Virus record (IMG/VR): IMGVR_UViG_3300002835_000017
Direction: 5' to 3' (one strand)
Origin: a virus
DNA: 64,000 bases
Part shown: positions 1 through 10,499 of the stretch, piece after piece
Layout of the letters: each line of letters starts with the position of its first letter
Position numbering within the stretch: position 1 is the first letter of the stretch
Notes under the pieces: model-generated
Told to the model about the DNA's origin: nothing
The model's database searches: none
Seen by the model: only the letters and a program-made list of their open reading frames with translations
Translations under genes and position numbers: made by a program

Positions 1-482
1 CCAATCATACTCCCACACCCAAACCAATAGAAAGAATGTTCGTATTTCATCTTTTCACCATCTTCAAATGCAATAGTTCCTACTAATTTTCCATTTTTAT
101 AACATTTGATAGTTCTTTCCAAAAAATGGTCACAAATCATAGCGTACTCATTGAATTCGTTAATTTCTTCTGGTAATAATCCAGTAAAAATTTGTTTTGC
201 GTACATTTCAGTTCTGCCATCTTCAGTTTTTTTTGAAAACCAATATGTAAATCCAATCGAAATAACTCCCAAATTATCTTTATAAGCAGAAATACCTGAA
301 TGCATTCCATTTCTGGCAATTGCAAATGATTCTTTATTTGTAATTACGGTATCAGGAAATACTTTAAACTTTACGAATAAAGAAAAATCCTCATCCATAT
401 CTTTATCAATTCTTCTTGACACCGCATATCTACTTTCCGGCAAAACGAAAAATATACTATCTTTGTTTACTCTTAAACTCAT
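1..482 (-). CDS. LamG/concanavalin A-like domain protein (3' end truncated by window edge; absent from ORF track)
   Basis: ATG at 482 overlaps the TGA of the radical SAM gene (ATGA). Open to the window edge: MSLRVNKDSIFFVLPE...DFSLFVKFK...IKCYKNGKLVGT...FYWFGCGS, the same pattern as the LamG inserts in the adjacent GT7 genes. Confidence 0.7.
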   Translation of the reverse strand, partial: MSLRVNKDSIFFVLPESRYAVSRRIDKDMDEDFSLFVKFKVFPDTVITNKESFAIARNGMHSGISAYKDNLGVISIGFTYWFSKKTEDGRTEMYAKQIFTGLLPEEINEFNEYAMICDHFLERTIKCYKNGKLVGTIAFEDGEKMKYEHSFYWFGCGSMI

Positions 483-1894
483 ATTTTTATTGTTGAACAA
501 AAGTGATAAAATTCTTCTAATTCAGGGAATGTTTTACAAAAATCAGTTCCTCTACGTTTATCATGATTTGAGAAATATTGATAAAAACTATATCTATTTT
601 TCATTTGTTGTGTTGCATCCTGCGGAGAAACCATCCAATCATAAATTCTTTTTACTTTTTGAACCTCAACATCAGAATATCCAATATGTTTTGGGTCAAA
701 TGATGGTGCCGCATAATATGTAATTAGTTTGGCTTGGTCCGTAATATGTTTAGCGTAATCAAAAGGAAGTACCTGAACCGTCTGATGTAGCGGGTATCGT
801 AAATATGATGAATCTAAAAACACTGCAGAATTCCAATATCTATCGGTAGATGCGTATACATCTTTTAATGTGTAAATATTATGAATTAATTGTTCATAAT
901 TAAAAACACTTAACGCATTGTATGTAGACATGAATGTTATAATAGTTCTTGGACATTGTGTAAGAATTTTATTTACGTTATCCCAAAATTTATTGAATTC
1001 TAATCCAGTACGAATGTATTCTGCTTGCTCACCCCACGTATCCGTAGATGTAAATATTACAATTTCTTTTACCCTACCTTCATCCTCTATTTTTTTTATT
1101 TTTTCAATTAGTTTATCTATTAATTTATCAGGAACTCCTAAATTTGAATTAATTGCTAATTTTAATTCAGTATTTGGGTTTGGATGATTTAGAATGTAAT
1201 CTAATACACCCCAAGTATCCTTTGACATTAACGGTTCACCACCAGTAATTCTAAAAGTGTGTAAATCTTTGTATAAATCAGGCCACCATTTCCAAAATGC
1301 TTCAACATAAGGATTATATTCTTTGTTTGGGATGGGTAATTTATCTTCATTTTTCATCCAATCAACTGAATTGAAATTGTCTAATGTTGGATACGCTCCA
1401 AATTCTTCAATTTCTTCCATCCATTTTGAACTGTATGCAGGACCACAATAGGAACATTTAAAATTACACGCATTTGAGAATGCAACTTCTACATACTTTG
1501 GATTAAAATCTTCTCTCCAATCAGATTGGATGATATCATTTATAAATGGATAAGACCAACTTTCACCTGATTTAAAAACTCTATCCGAAAAACGGTCTGA
1601 ATTATCTTCCACTTTCCAACAATAATCACATTCGGTTGGTCTTGCTCCTTGTAACATTTCTTTTCTACGAAGTTTTTTGTATCTCGTATTGTGAAGTGCA
1701 GATGGATTTCGTGCAATTTCCGTTTCTGAAATTTTATGTGTTTGAGGGTGGTGACATGAGTGGTTATGCCCACTTTGTAATTGCAATGTTACCTGCGTCC
1801 ATTTAGCGGCACACATACCTGGACCAACTGCATCTAACTCATCTTTAACTCTTAAATATATCGGATTTTCCGAATAACTTTTATCTTCTGCCAT
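479..1894 (-). CDS. Radical SAM protein with N-terminal twitch/SPASM-like Cys cluster
   Basis: CNFKCSYC (CxxxCxxC), TGGEP motif, N-terminal CAAKW..SCHH..ECDYCW. Confidence 0.9.
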   Translation of the reverse strand: MAEDKSYSENPIYLRVKDELDAVGPGMCAAKWTQVTLQLQSGHNHSCHHPQTHKISETEIARNPSALHNTRYKKLRRKEMLQGARPTECDYCWKVEDNSDRFSDRVFKSGESWSYPFINDIIQSDWREDFNPKYVEVAFSNACNFKCSYCGPAYSSKWMEEIEEFGAYPTLDNFNSVDWMKNEDKLPIPNKEYNPYVEAFWKWWPDLYKDLHTFRITGGEPLMSKDTWGVLDYILNHPNPNTELKLAINSNLGVPDKLIDKLIEKIKKIEDEGRVKEIVIFTSTDTWGEQAEYIRTGLEFNKFWDNVNKILTQCPRTIITFMSTYNALSVFNYEQLIHNIYTLKDVYASTDRYWNSAVFLDSSYLRYPLHQTVQVLPFDYAKHITDQAKLITYYAAPSFDPKHIGYSDVEVQKVKRIYDWMVSPQDATQQMKNRYSFYQYFSNHDKRRGTDFCKTFPELEEFYHFCSTIKI

Positions 1895-1898
1895 ATTT

Positions 1899-3365
1899 TT
1901 ATTTTAAACAATGAACATTTATTAATTTATGTTTATCGGAAATGATTTTAGTGCTAATATGTTTATACTTCATATTATTTATACCATCTTTTTTATAATC
2001 AATCTTACCCTGTTGCATTTCTAATACATATCTTCTTTCATTTCTAGCCGTTGTTTCTCCTTTAGCCCATTTATCAACACCTCCAACTTTAATTAACCCC
2101 TCGGTTTCATGTGGTAGACAGAAAAATTTACCATCTCTTCTATGCGGTAATATTACATGAGGTATTTGTATTTCTCTTTCCTCAATACTAACATTATACA
2201 TTACACCATCATTTACTTCAGCCTGGTCTATTACAAATTTACCATCAGTTATTTCATCAAAATTATAATGTAATATTAAACCATCCGTTGAATATTCTTT
2301 ATGTAATTTTGAAACATCTTCACTTGATAATGCTCTATTCCATAATTTAATATCGGCAATTTCACCTTTAAAAAAGGCGTGTGGTTCAAATGGTTCTACG
2401 GTAGATGTGTGTCCTATGTAAAATGGCTCTGTACCATATCTTTTTAAATTATAGTTGTATTCAACTGGAGATTGTGTGCCAGTTCCGTTTCTAGCATCAC
2501 TTTCATTTCCATTCAAATAAAAATGCATTTTCTTTTCTAAATCATCAACTACCATTGTTACCCAAGTCCACTCACCTTCATAACGCTTGAACCATTGATA
2601 TATGTGTTCTCTGTGTGAGTTCCACATCATACCAGTATATGCTCTACTGTTATTAAAGGATAATCCCCAATCATAACCTGGTTTTCTGAATATAGGATAT
2701 TCAACAAATTTTCTTTCAGTATCACCAATTAACCAAATAGGAACTTTTTCTATTTGTTGTTCTGCTTTTACTAATACTGAAATCGTATGTGAATTAGATA
2801 TTGCCATTCTAGTTTGTTCTGTGGATGGTATTTTAATATAAGATTGCTTACCATCAAATAGTGCCACATTTTTTACTTTAGCAAAATCAATAGTTTGTTT
2901 ATCCACATATCCTTCCATAACACATCTCCAAAAAAGGTCATCATCTTCCATACCCCAATCCCAATAGTCATTTGAATAACCATTAGTTGCTAAAACTTGT
3001 TCTTTTGTAAAAACAACCGCACCACCAAAGTATTCCTGATATTTTAATTGATAATCAGATTGTGAAATACGAACTGCAATGTGTTGTGGATTTTCTTCTG
3101 GATATGAATAATCACAACTATCATCTTCAGGCACCATATCAATATCATGCCAAACAATATAATCACATCCATCATCAATTGCGTGCTTTGCAGCAATATT
3201 TTTCATCAATCCTCTGTTGAATAAATATTCATCACATTGATGTGCAATATAAATGGTATGGTCAATTCCTTTCTTTGTTAAGAAATTAGTAACCCAAGGA
3301 ACAAATTTATTCATGTGTTCCTCTCTGTTTCTATATGGTACGCAAACACCTAACTTATGTCCCAT
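1899..3365 (-). CDS. GT7 beta-1,4-galactosyltransferase-like glycosyltransferase with inserted LamG domain
   Basis: VPYRNR, FNRG, WHDIDM (DxD), YFGG, NGYSNDYWDWGMEDDDL; LamG FYLNG..FYIG..FKGEIADIKLWNRALS; GT7 C-terminal part GKFFCLPH..DGINNMKY. Confidence 0.88.
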   Translation of the reverse strand: MGHKLGVCVPYRNREEHMNKFVPWVTNFLTKKGIDHTIYIAHQCDEYLFNRGLMKNIAAKHAIDDGCDYIVWHDIDMVPEDDSCDYSYPEENPQHIAVRISQSDYQLKYQEYFGGAVVFTKEQVLATNGYSNDYWDWGMEDDDLFWRCVMEGYVDKQTIDFAKVKNVALFDGKQSYIKIPSTEQTRMAISNSHTISVLVKAEQQIEKVPIWLIGDTERKFVEYPIFRKPGYDWGLSFNNSRAYTGMMWNSHREHIYQWFKRYEGEWTWVTMVVDDLEKKMHFYLNGNESDARNGTGTQSPVEYNYNLKRYGTEPFYIGHTSTVEPFEPHAFFKGEIADIKLWNRALSSEDVSKLHKEYSTDGLILHYNFDEITDGKFVIDQAEVNDGVMYNVSIEEREIQIPHVILPHRRDGKFFCLPHETEGLIKVGGVDKWAKGETTARNERRYVLEMQQGKIDYKKDGINNMKYKHISTKIISDKHKLINVHCLK

Positions 3366-3366
3366 T

Positions 3367-4797
3367 CTACAATAATACCGATAGATGATGATAGTTATTC
3401 ATTGTTACATCATTTAATACTTGATATAAACAACTATTTAAACCATCTTTATCTGTGTTATATAATTTAGTTTTAACTTGATTTAAAAATCTTAATTGGT
3501 TTATACGAGTTTCTCTGTGAACCCAGTTTTTCTCATTCCAACTATTTGTTTTATGAGATAATAATTTAAATAAAGATTTTCTTCTATATGGAACTGCCAT
3601 TTCTCTACCCAATGATTCATGTGATTTTATGAAATGGCAATTGTGTATTTCTCCGTTATTATTATTAAATGATAAATCTAATAAAGTATCTTCTTTATAG
3701 AATTTAAAATCATAATATAATTGTAAATGTTGTGCGGATTTATAACCTCTAAAATTTTCTAATAAAGAATTTTCTAAAACATTGTCAGATAATATTTCAA
3801 TTTCTTTATCTTTTAATTTACAATCATATATTGCAAATTCGGAAATCATTCCATAAAAAAAGTTTTGATTAGAATCTCTTTCTGGTGAACCAACTCCTAA
3901 ATAAAAATATTCTTCATTTGAATAATCTTTAGGTGCATGTTTTACTTTTTCAGTATTAACTAACGTACCATCTTTATAAAAAGAAATTTGGTTTTTTTCA
4001 TAATCAAAAGTTAAACAGATTTGAGTAAAATGATTAGTTAATATTTCTGAATTAATAGAAGTGCAGTTATCAGTATTATCCCAAAAATCTATTTTATATC
4101 TTCTAAATGAATTATAACTTATATTTGTATCATAACCAGGTATAGAAAATACAGTATACTCATCATAATCATTATTTGGGTTAGATGTTATTTCATCTGG
4201 CTTAAATGTTATTAATATTGTAGTATCCTTTTCAAAATCTAATAATTCTTTTTTTGGTATTTTTATATAAGAATCGTTTCCACTAAATGATAATCCGTAT
4301 AATTTTTTGGTTTCATTTTTACCAATTATTTTAGAATCTAATGGAATTTTTTTCTGATTTACTCTAAATAAAAGGTCGTCATCTTCAAATCCCCATCCCC
4401 AATATAAATTGGAATACCCGTTTATTCGTTCAAATGTATCGGAACTAAACATAGTTACACCACCAAAATAGTCATCAAATGATAAGTTTTTAGATTTATC
4501 ATATTCTAATTCAAAATTAGTTGCAAGATGCATAGGTAATTCAGAATAAGAATAATCAACCTCAATTGGTAACATATCCACATCATGAAATACAACATAA
4601 CCACATCCTAATTCTTTTGCTTTAATATATCCAATATTTAATAACTTTCCTCTATTAAACGGTTTATCATCAGTTTGTTCAACTACAATAATTTCGTGTT
4701 TAATTTTTTTGGATTTTAAATATGAAGATGTTATTTCACCGAATCGGGTGAGATGTGATTCTCTATCTCTATATGGTACAATTATTCCTAATTTCAT
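3367..4797 (-). CDS. GT7-like glycosyltransferase with inserted LamG domain (paralogue 2)
   Basis: VPYRDR, PFNRGKLLNIG, FHDVDM, YFGGV, NGYSNLYWGWGFEDDDL; LamG FYKDG..FYGMISEFAIYD; C-terminal LLSH..DGLNSCLY. Confidence 0.88.
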   Translation of the reverse strand: MKLGIIVPYRDRESHLTRFGEITSSYLKSKKIKHEIIVVEQTDDKPFNRGKLLNIGYIKAKELGCGYVVFHDVDMLPIEVDYSYSELPMHLATNFELEYDKSKNLSFDDYFGGVTMFSSDTFERINGYSNLYWGWGFEDDDLLFRVNQKKIPLDSKIIGKNETKKLYGLSFSGNDSYIKIPKKELLDFEKDTTILITFKPDEITSNPNNDYDEYTVFSIPGYDTNISYNSFRRYKIDFWDNTDNCTSINSEILTNHFTQICLTFDYEKNQISFYKDGTLVNTEKVKHAPKDYSNEEYFYLGVGSPERDSNQNFFYGMISEFAIYDCKLKDKEIEILSDNVLENSLLENFRGYKSAQHLQLYYDFKFYKEDTLLDLSFNNNNGEIHNCHFIKSHESLGREMAVPYRRKSLFKLLSHKTNSWNEKNWVHRETRINQLRFLNQVKTKLYNTDKDGLNSCLYQVLNDVTMNNYHHLSVLL

Positions 4798-4802
4798 TTA
4801 GA

Positions 4803-5144
4803 TTATACTTTTTCGATATCTTTTTTAGGTCTTGCTCTACGAGGTGGTGGTAATTCTGCCCCTTCTTCGGTTTGGGCAGGTTCTGTTGGAACATTTCCAG
4901 CAAAAGGTTTTTCTGAATTTGATGATGCACCATTTTCTTTTGCAATATTATAGAATTCATACAGATAATACGCAACTCTATCACTCCACTCTGATTTGTT
5001 AATTTCTTCAAACCAAATAGTAAGTGCATCTAATGAGTTTGCAATTTTTTCTAATGCTTTTACTTTTCTAGTTTCTAACACAACTGATTCTAAATTTTCG
5101 TTTGTAGAAGGTGTTGTATCAGACTGTAACTTAATTTTTGCCAT
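4803..5144 (-). CDS. Hypothetical protein embedded in GT7 array
   Basis: 113 aa ORF tightly packed between GT7 paralogues; helical core and disordered Pro/Arg-rich tail. Confidence 0.6.
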   Translation of the reverse strand: MAKIKLQSDTTPSTNENLESVVLETRKVKALEKIANSLDALTIWFEEINKSEWSDRVAYYLYEFYNIAKENGASSNSEKPFAGNVPTEPAQTEEGAELPPPRRARPKKDIEKV

Positions 5145-5151
5145 TTTATTT

Positions 5152-6609
5152 TTATATTTTAATTTGATGCTTATAAACTCCTGTTTTAATTTCTTCGGTT
5201 GATATTAAATCGTATGATAATGTATTCAAACCAAATTTATCAGTATCTAATATATCAGTTGCAATTTCATAAAAGAAAATATTTTCATTTTCTTCAAATA
5301 TTTCATTTTTTTCTGTCCAATTATAGTTCTCTAATTTAGTAAATTTTTTTGAATTTTCCAAGATTTGAAACCGTCCATTTGATTGTTCTGGCATATCAAA
5401 TTCATAAGATAAATTCAATTCTTCGGAATATGTTTCCTGATGTATTCCAGTTGATACTATTCTTGGATTTGAAAATGTTTTAGAATCATCTACATAAAAA
5501 TCTCCAAATTTTTTATCAAATGGTACATTTATAACCGCTTCAAAATTTGTAGTTATTGTATTGTTTGTTGTTTTGTATCCGTCTGTATATAATTTTATTA
5601 TTTCAGAATCTGCTAACGCGTAATCAAATAATAATAAGTTGGATATTTTGCCACTAAATGAATTTTTAAATGCTAAACTACCAATCCATAAATCTTTTCC
5701 TTTAAAATCCATTAAATGTTTTGGTAATTTATCTAATGTTTGCACAATTTTACCATCAACATATAAACTGGCTTTTTTCTTATCCATATCAACCTTTAAT
5801 GATAGGTTTATCCATTGATTGGCATGAGATTTATGTGGATACCACATTTGATGTAAATTATTATCATCACTCCACAATTGAACTACAATTGCTTCATTTT
5901 TCATAATAAAAATTCCCATATCATATCCTTGTTTTCCAATAATACACCCATTATTTGATTGGTTGTTATTGATAAAAACATTCATTGATATTGTAAATGA
6001 ATCTTCAAAAATATAATCGGTTGTTTTATTTGCTCTTACAAATACACAATTATTTTCATTTGATTCAAACGGATATATTGTTTTTTTAATGTATTTATTT
6101 ACCTCTTTTACATCTGTTAAAACATGCGGTTTATATATATTTTTAGTAAAAAATCTTTTTGCAGATAATAATTTGTGTTTTTTTAATCTATACAAAAAAT
6201 CTATCCAATGAAAAGAACCTCCCCAATAATCATTACTAAATCCGTTTGCTTCGAAGAAATTTTCTTTTGTAATTTTAAAAGCACCACCTACCCAATGTGG
6301 ATATGGTTTTAAATTTGGACAAAGGTGAGTTGGATAGTATTCAAAATCGTAATTGCACGATTCCTGTTTAGGTAAAATATCTATATCATGGAATACATAA
6401 TAATCTGAACGATTTTGTGTTATGGATGCACCAATATTGCATAACTTTCCATAATTGAAATAAACATCTGCATCAATTTGTTCTATGAAATGAATTTCGT
6501 AATCCGTTTTATCTTTTAAAAAGTATTCCATGTGACCCACAAAGGTATATAGGTCTTGTAAACGATTGGAGTACGGTACTATAATTGATAACTTTTTATT
6601 GTTCATCAT
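5152..6609 (-). CDS. GT7-LamG paralogue 3 with degenerate catalytic motif (possible pseudoenzyme)
   Basis: VPY, FNYGKLCNIG and FHDIDI retained, but NGFSNDYWGGSFHWIDF replaces WGWGxEDDD; LamG LYVDG..LWIG..FSGKISNL; FGLNTLSY tail. Confidence 0.8.
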   Translation of the reverse strand: MMNNKKLSIIVPYSNRLQDLYTFVGHMEYFLKDKTDYEIHFIEQIDADVYFNYGKLCNIGASITQNRSDYYVFHDIDILPKQESCNYDFEYYPTHLCPNLKPYPHWVGGAFKITKENFFEANGFSNDYWGGSFHWIDFLYRLKKHKLLSAKRFFTKNIYKPHVLTDVKEVNKYIKKTIYPFESNENNCVFVRANKTTDYIFEDSFTISMNVFINNNQSNNGCIIGKQGYDMGIFIMKNEAIVVQLWSDDNNLHQMWYPHKSHANQWINLSLKVDMDKKKASLYVDGKIVQTLDKLPKHLMDFKGKDLWIGSLAFKNSFSGKISNLLLFDYALADSEIIKLYTDGYKTTNNTITTNFEAVINVPFDKKFGDFYVDDSKTFSNPRIVSTGIHQETYSEELNLSYEFDMPEQSNGRFQILENSKKFTKLENYNWTEKNEIFEENENIFFYEIATDILDTDKFGLNTLSYDLISTEEIKTGVYKHQIKI

Positions 6610-6623
6610 TTTAATAACCTATT

Positions 6624-7475
6624 TTATATAGATATAATTTTTTTAAATAATTTATCCCAATTTTTATAATTTTCATAGTTCGCAGTTGGGCAATATTCAA
6701 ACATATATGTTACATCATCATCAATTGGCATTTGAAAGTTTTCTCTCCGAAGTGCTTGGTACATTTTTAAATATTCATCTGAAAATGCATAATCTTTTCT
6801 AATATCTGCTACTGATTTAATTCTATCTATACAAGTAGAATCCCATTTAAAATGATGAACCTGAACATTATACTCATCAACGGGTGCAATTAATGGGTGA
6901 TTCCATCCCATCCATTTCCAAGTTGTTTGTCCATCAATTTTAGCATAATGTTGTCCTGATGTTAATTCAATATTTCCTTTTACTATACAAATTTTGTTTG
7001 GACATGCTCCACTCATTGGGTATCTGAAAAATCCAGCATACGGAAATTGCTCAAATATATTATCAGTTTGATTTATTTTACTAAATTCACCATCTTCCCC
7101 AATTCTATCTATAAATCCACCTCTTACTAATTCCCACCCGTTATTATTACAATCCGCTATTATTTCTGATAATGGTTTTGAATATAAATGAAACTCATCA
7201 TCATCCGATATTACCCACCAATCATTAGGATATTTTGATTTTTCTTCGTTGTATAATTTGGTAACTAATTCCCAATTATATTTTTCTCCAATTGCTCTTC
7301 TTACTATTTTCGCATTTGAAAATTGTGAAACAATATCGGATACATCATTGTATGTACTAACACCTTCCCATTCATATACAACCACCCACATCTCATCTAC
7401 TAAATCGGCATAATGCTTTAGCATGTGATATAAAGTGTTTGTTCTACTACCTGTTACTGTAACTAATCTAATCAT
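6624..7475 (-). CDS. GT-A glycosyltransferase (GT2_4/GT92-like)
   Basis: MLKHY, WWVISDDDEF, K..GQH, VHHFKW motifs. Confidence 0.75.
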   Translation of the reverse strand: MIRLVTVTGSRTNTLYHMLKHYADLVDEMWVVVYEWEGVSTYNDVSDIVSQFSNAKIVRRAIGEKYNWELVTKLYNEEKSKYPNDWWVISDDDEFHLYSKPLSEIIADCNNNGWELVRGGFIDRIGEDGEFSKINQTDNIFEQFPYAGFFRYPMSGACPNKICIVKGNIELTSGQHYAKIDGQTTWKWMGWNHPLIAPVDEYNVQVHHFKWDSTCIDRIKSVADIRKDYAFSDEYLKMYQALRRENFQMPIDDDVTYMFEYCPTANYENYKNWDKLFKKIISI

Positions 7476-8230
7476 TTTCTTTTAACTAATGTTAATCCAG
7501 TTGATGCTGGTTTATTTTTTTGAATACCAAAATTAAAAAGGTCAAATACTTCCCAATTTGGATTATCCTTTAATTCTTTTGCAAATACAATTGGTCCGTG
7601 CCAATCATCAAAATCACCTCTATCTTTTACTTCGTTTGTAACGATGTAACTATCTGCATAGTTAGGGTCGGTATCGTGGATTGAAATGATTCCATTTGGA
7701 GAAAGTAATTGTGAGTATAACTCAAAATCTTCTTTAACATTTTCATAACTATGCCCTGCATCAATATGCAAATAATCTATCTGAATATCATTGAGAACAA
7801 AATAATTATGAAATGCTTCTTCTGTTGTTTTATTAATAATTCGTGGATGAAATGTTCTTCTAAAAAAAGATTCTTCTCTGAACCAATTTACATTACCCCC
7901 AATACCATTCATCGCATCAACTACATAAGTAACTCCAATATCTCCCCAATTTAAATCAGGATTTCCTTCAAATATTTTCTGATTATATAAATCATATCTA
8001 GCCTGTGTCATTAATCTTGGAATAAATCCACCACCACTTCCCAAACATACACAAGTTTTTGCTCTCATATACTGGATGATGGAATACACAATTAATCCAT
8101 CACCTAAATGTAAATCAGTTGCACCATGAGACCATCTATAAGGAACTGGAGAATCTTCTTGTTCCTGATACTCATTGAATTCGATATTATTTGTTATAGT
8201 ATTTTTTATGTATTGTAAATCTTGTAGCAT
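7472..8230 (-). CDS. Class I SAM-dependent methyltransferase (Methyltransf_24-like)
   Basis: CLGSGGG, IDYLHIDAGHSYENVKEDF, LSPNGIISIHD. Confidence 0.85.
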   Translation of the reverse strand: MLQDLQYIKNTITNNIEFNEYQEQEDSPVPYRWSHGATDLHLGDGLIVYSIIQYMRAKTCVCLGSGGGFIPRLMTQARYDLYNQKIFEGNPDLNWGDIGVTYVVDAMNGIGGNVNWFREESFFRRTFHPRIINKTTEEAFHNYFVLNDIQIDYLHIDAGHSYENVKEDFELYSQLLSPNGIISIHDTDPNYADSYIVTNEVKDRGDFDDWHGPIVFAKELKDNPNWEVFDLFNFGIQKNKPASTGLTLVKRK

Positions 8231-8257
8231 TAGATTAGTTGATAAAGTAAAGTGATT

Positions 8258-8288
8258 ACAATATACTAAAAAAAATTCACATTTACAA
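8258..8288 (-). promoter_or_regulatory. Bacteroidota sigma70-type promoter TTGT-N19-TATATTGT
   Basis: Same motif and 19-nt spacer as 11 other intergenic copies. Confidence 0.6.
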
Positions 8289-8292
8289 AACT

Positions 8293-9180
8293 TTATTCAG
8301 TTATTTTAGTATAATATTTTTCAACTTCATCTTTAATTTTTGGCCATAGAAAATTTGTAAAGAAATCGATTGATTGTTCTTTTGATGGATGATTTTTACC
8401 ACCCAACATTGGTTCGTTTTTGTTGACAAAGTATTCTAGCATACCACCACCAAATCCATTTACCCTAACATCATCTGTAAATATAAATTTACTAAAATCA
8501 ATTTTTTCTAATAGTTCTGATATTATATTTGCTTCGAACCATGAATCGTCAAATGGTTCTAATTTATCAAACAAACTTTCTGTTTTTAGTATAGAATAAT
8601 TTCCTGCGTCTGAATCTGTTTTTTTTTGAAGAATCTGTAACTTGTTTACTGCAACATCCATTTGAAATAAATTACCTATACAAAACATTTTATATGGTAT
8701 ATTTTTTTCTTTAAAATACTGTTGAGTATGATATATACTTTCTAATGTTTGCAATATAGCACCATGTATTGAATAATATTTTTCAAAGAATTCTTTTCCA
8801 TATCCTGATATATCAGTTCCGTTTAACATATAGTTTATTTTACCAATTCTTTCAGGATGCATATTCATTCTTGGAAAGTTTTTTGCTCTATCCTCATCTA
8901 CAAATACAGGATAATCCCATCTATCGATTGTAGACCATTGAACTATTGCATAATCCACTTTCCAATGTGGTTTTAGTGCGTTATTATACTGTAATGAATT
9001 TAAAAACTTAAATACTTTTCTCCTCATTATGTCATTTCCAGAACCACCACAACCTGCATTATATACATCAAATGGTTCCGCTGATTTTTTATTATCAAAT
9101 AAAGAATATCCTTCCGTTTCAAACCCAATAGGCCAGTTTTCATCTCCAGCAGAAAACGAGCATCCGTTTATTAATATCAT
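8293..9180 (-). CDS. SGNH/GDSL hydrolase-like protein (candidate O-acyl esterase/transferase)
   Basis: ILINGCSFS (block I), NAGCGGSGND (block II), IVQWS, NHPS (block V). Confidence 0.75.
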   Translation of the reverse strand: MILINGCSFSAGDENWPIGFETEGYSLFDNKKSAEPFDVYNAGCGGSGNDIMRRKVFKFLNSLQYNNALKPHWKVDYAIVQWSTIDRWDYPVFVDEDRAKNFPRMNMHPERIGKINYMLNGTDISGYGKEFFEKYYSIHGAILQTLESIYHTQQYFKEKNIPYKMFCIGNLFQMDVAVNKLQILQKKTDSDAGNYSILKTESLFDKLEPFDDSWFEANIISELLEKIDFSKFIFTDDVRVNGFGGGMLEYFVNKNEPMLGGKNHPSKEQSIDFFTNFLWPKIKDEVEKYYTKITE

Positions 9181-10499
9181 AATAATTTATTTATATTATT
9201 CATTATATTGCAATAATGTGTTATCAATTTTTGTTTATTTTCTTTTAATATAGGTGTTTTTTGAATAAATGTATTTTTAGCATCGTTTATATTTTTATTT
9301 TTTAAAAAATCTACTATCATATCAATTTGTTCTAATTCATTTTTTGTTTGAATTCCTTGTAAACCAAAATCATCTAAAAACAAATCTATACCAATTCTTT
9401 TATATTCACTATATACTTTATTGGAACCAAATATCAATGGAAGTTTTTCCGATAATATTGGTTTTATAGATTTTTCTGTAAAAAATCCATATTTTAAATT
9501 AAAAATACAATGTGTTTCACCAACTACTTCAAAATATGATAAATCGTATTCTTTTTCTCTAAAATAATAAAGTAAATGGTCAAACTCAAATGGAGCATTC
9601 AAAGGTGTAATATTTATTTCATTTCTTATAGATTGTAATTTATTAAAATTTTCTTTTGTAAAATATTTTATATGATTATCGGTATGCGTGTTAGTATGGT
9701 CTGTATATATGTATCCTTCTCTAACTGCTTGTAAATATTCTATTAAAAATTTTTCATTTATACAATTTAAACCTGTTTTTAATATATCCGATTCTTTTGC
9801 TTTTAATAAAAACTGAACTCTATGAAATCTTGGTTTTAATGCCTGACTACTATACACATATAGTTTTTCAGTATTATGTGATATATTTAGATTTTTAAAT
9901 ATATTATAAAAATTATCATTATATGCTAATTTACCAGTAGTATGATTTGGAAATAAAAAATTTGTAAATTGTCCTTCGGCCATCAAATGAAACATACAAT
10001 AGAATGAATCGTAGTGAAAGTTTTTATCTCCATCAAACAATTCATAATCTGTCATTTTAATATGATTAAATTTAAAATCATATCTAAAATATTGTTCATC
10101 TTTTTCGTACTCAACTGCTTCTAAAAATGCAAAATTAAATAAAACTTTTGCATTACGTTCAACATACAGCTGTTCCAATTTATTAAATTCAATTGGATTT
10201 TTTTTCATTAATGGTAAATAAAATTCACTCCATATTTTTCTATCAATAACAATTATTAAATTATCAATTGGGTTTGAATACATTAAATCAAAAGTTGTTA
10301 TACCATCAAATGATTTTAATTTATTTAATACATTATATGGGTTTTGTATATAGTGATGTATTTTAATTTTTTCACCAGCATTATCTATAACAATTTCATG
10401 ATGTTTTTCTATTTTTATTGGGGTTACGGAAATCAAATTTGCTTCTGGAAACAAATTCTGTAACTCATTATATGTTGCTAATATATTTAATGACCTCAT
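9177..10499 (-). CDS. Putative glycosyltransferase (GT10/GT47-like C-terminal domain)
   Basis: RFHR, SYFEVVGET, FFTEKSIKPI motif; glycan-cluster context. Confidence 0.5.
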   Translation of the reverse strand: MRSLNILATYNELQNLFPEANLISVTPIKIEKHHEIVIDNAGEKIKIHHYIQNPYNVLNKLKSFDGITTFDLMYSNPIDNLIIVIDRKIWSEFYLPLMKKNPIEFNKLEQLYVERNAKVLFNFAFLEAVEYEKDEQYFRYDFKFNHIKMTDYELFDGDKNFHYDSFYCMFHLMAEGQFTNFLFPNHTTGKLAYNDNFYNIFKNLNISHNTEKLYVYSSQALKPRFHRVQFLLKAKESDILKTGLNCINEKFLIEYLQAVREGYIYTDHTNTHTDNHIKYFTKENFNKLQSIRNEINITPLNAPFEFDHLLYYFREKEYDLSYFEVVGETHCIFNLKYGFFTEKSIKPILSEKLPLIFGSNKVYSEYKRIGIDLFLDDFGLQGIQTKNELEQIDMIVDFLKNKNINDAKNTFIQKTPILKENKQKLITHYCNIMNNINKLL

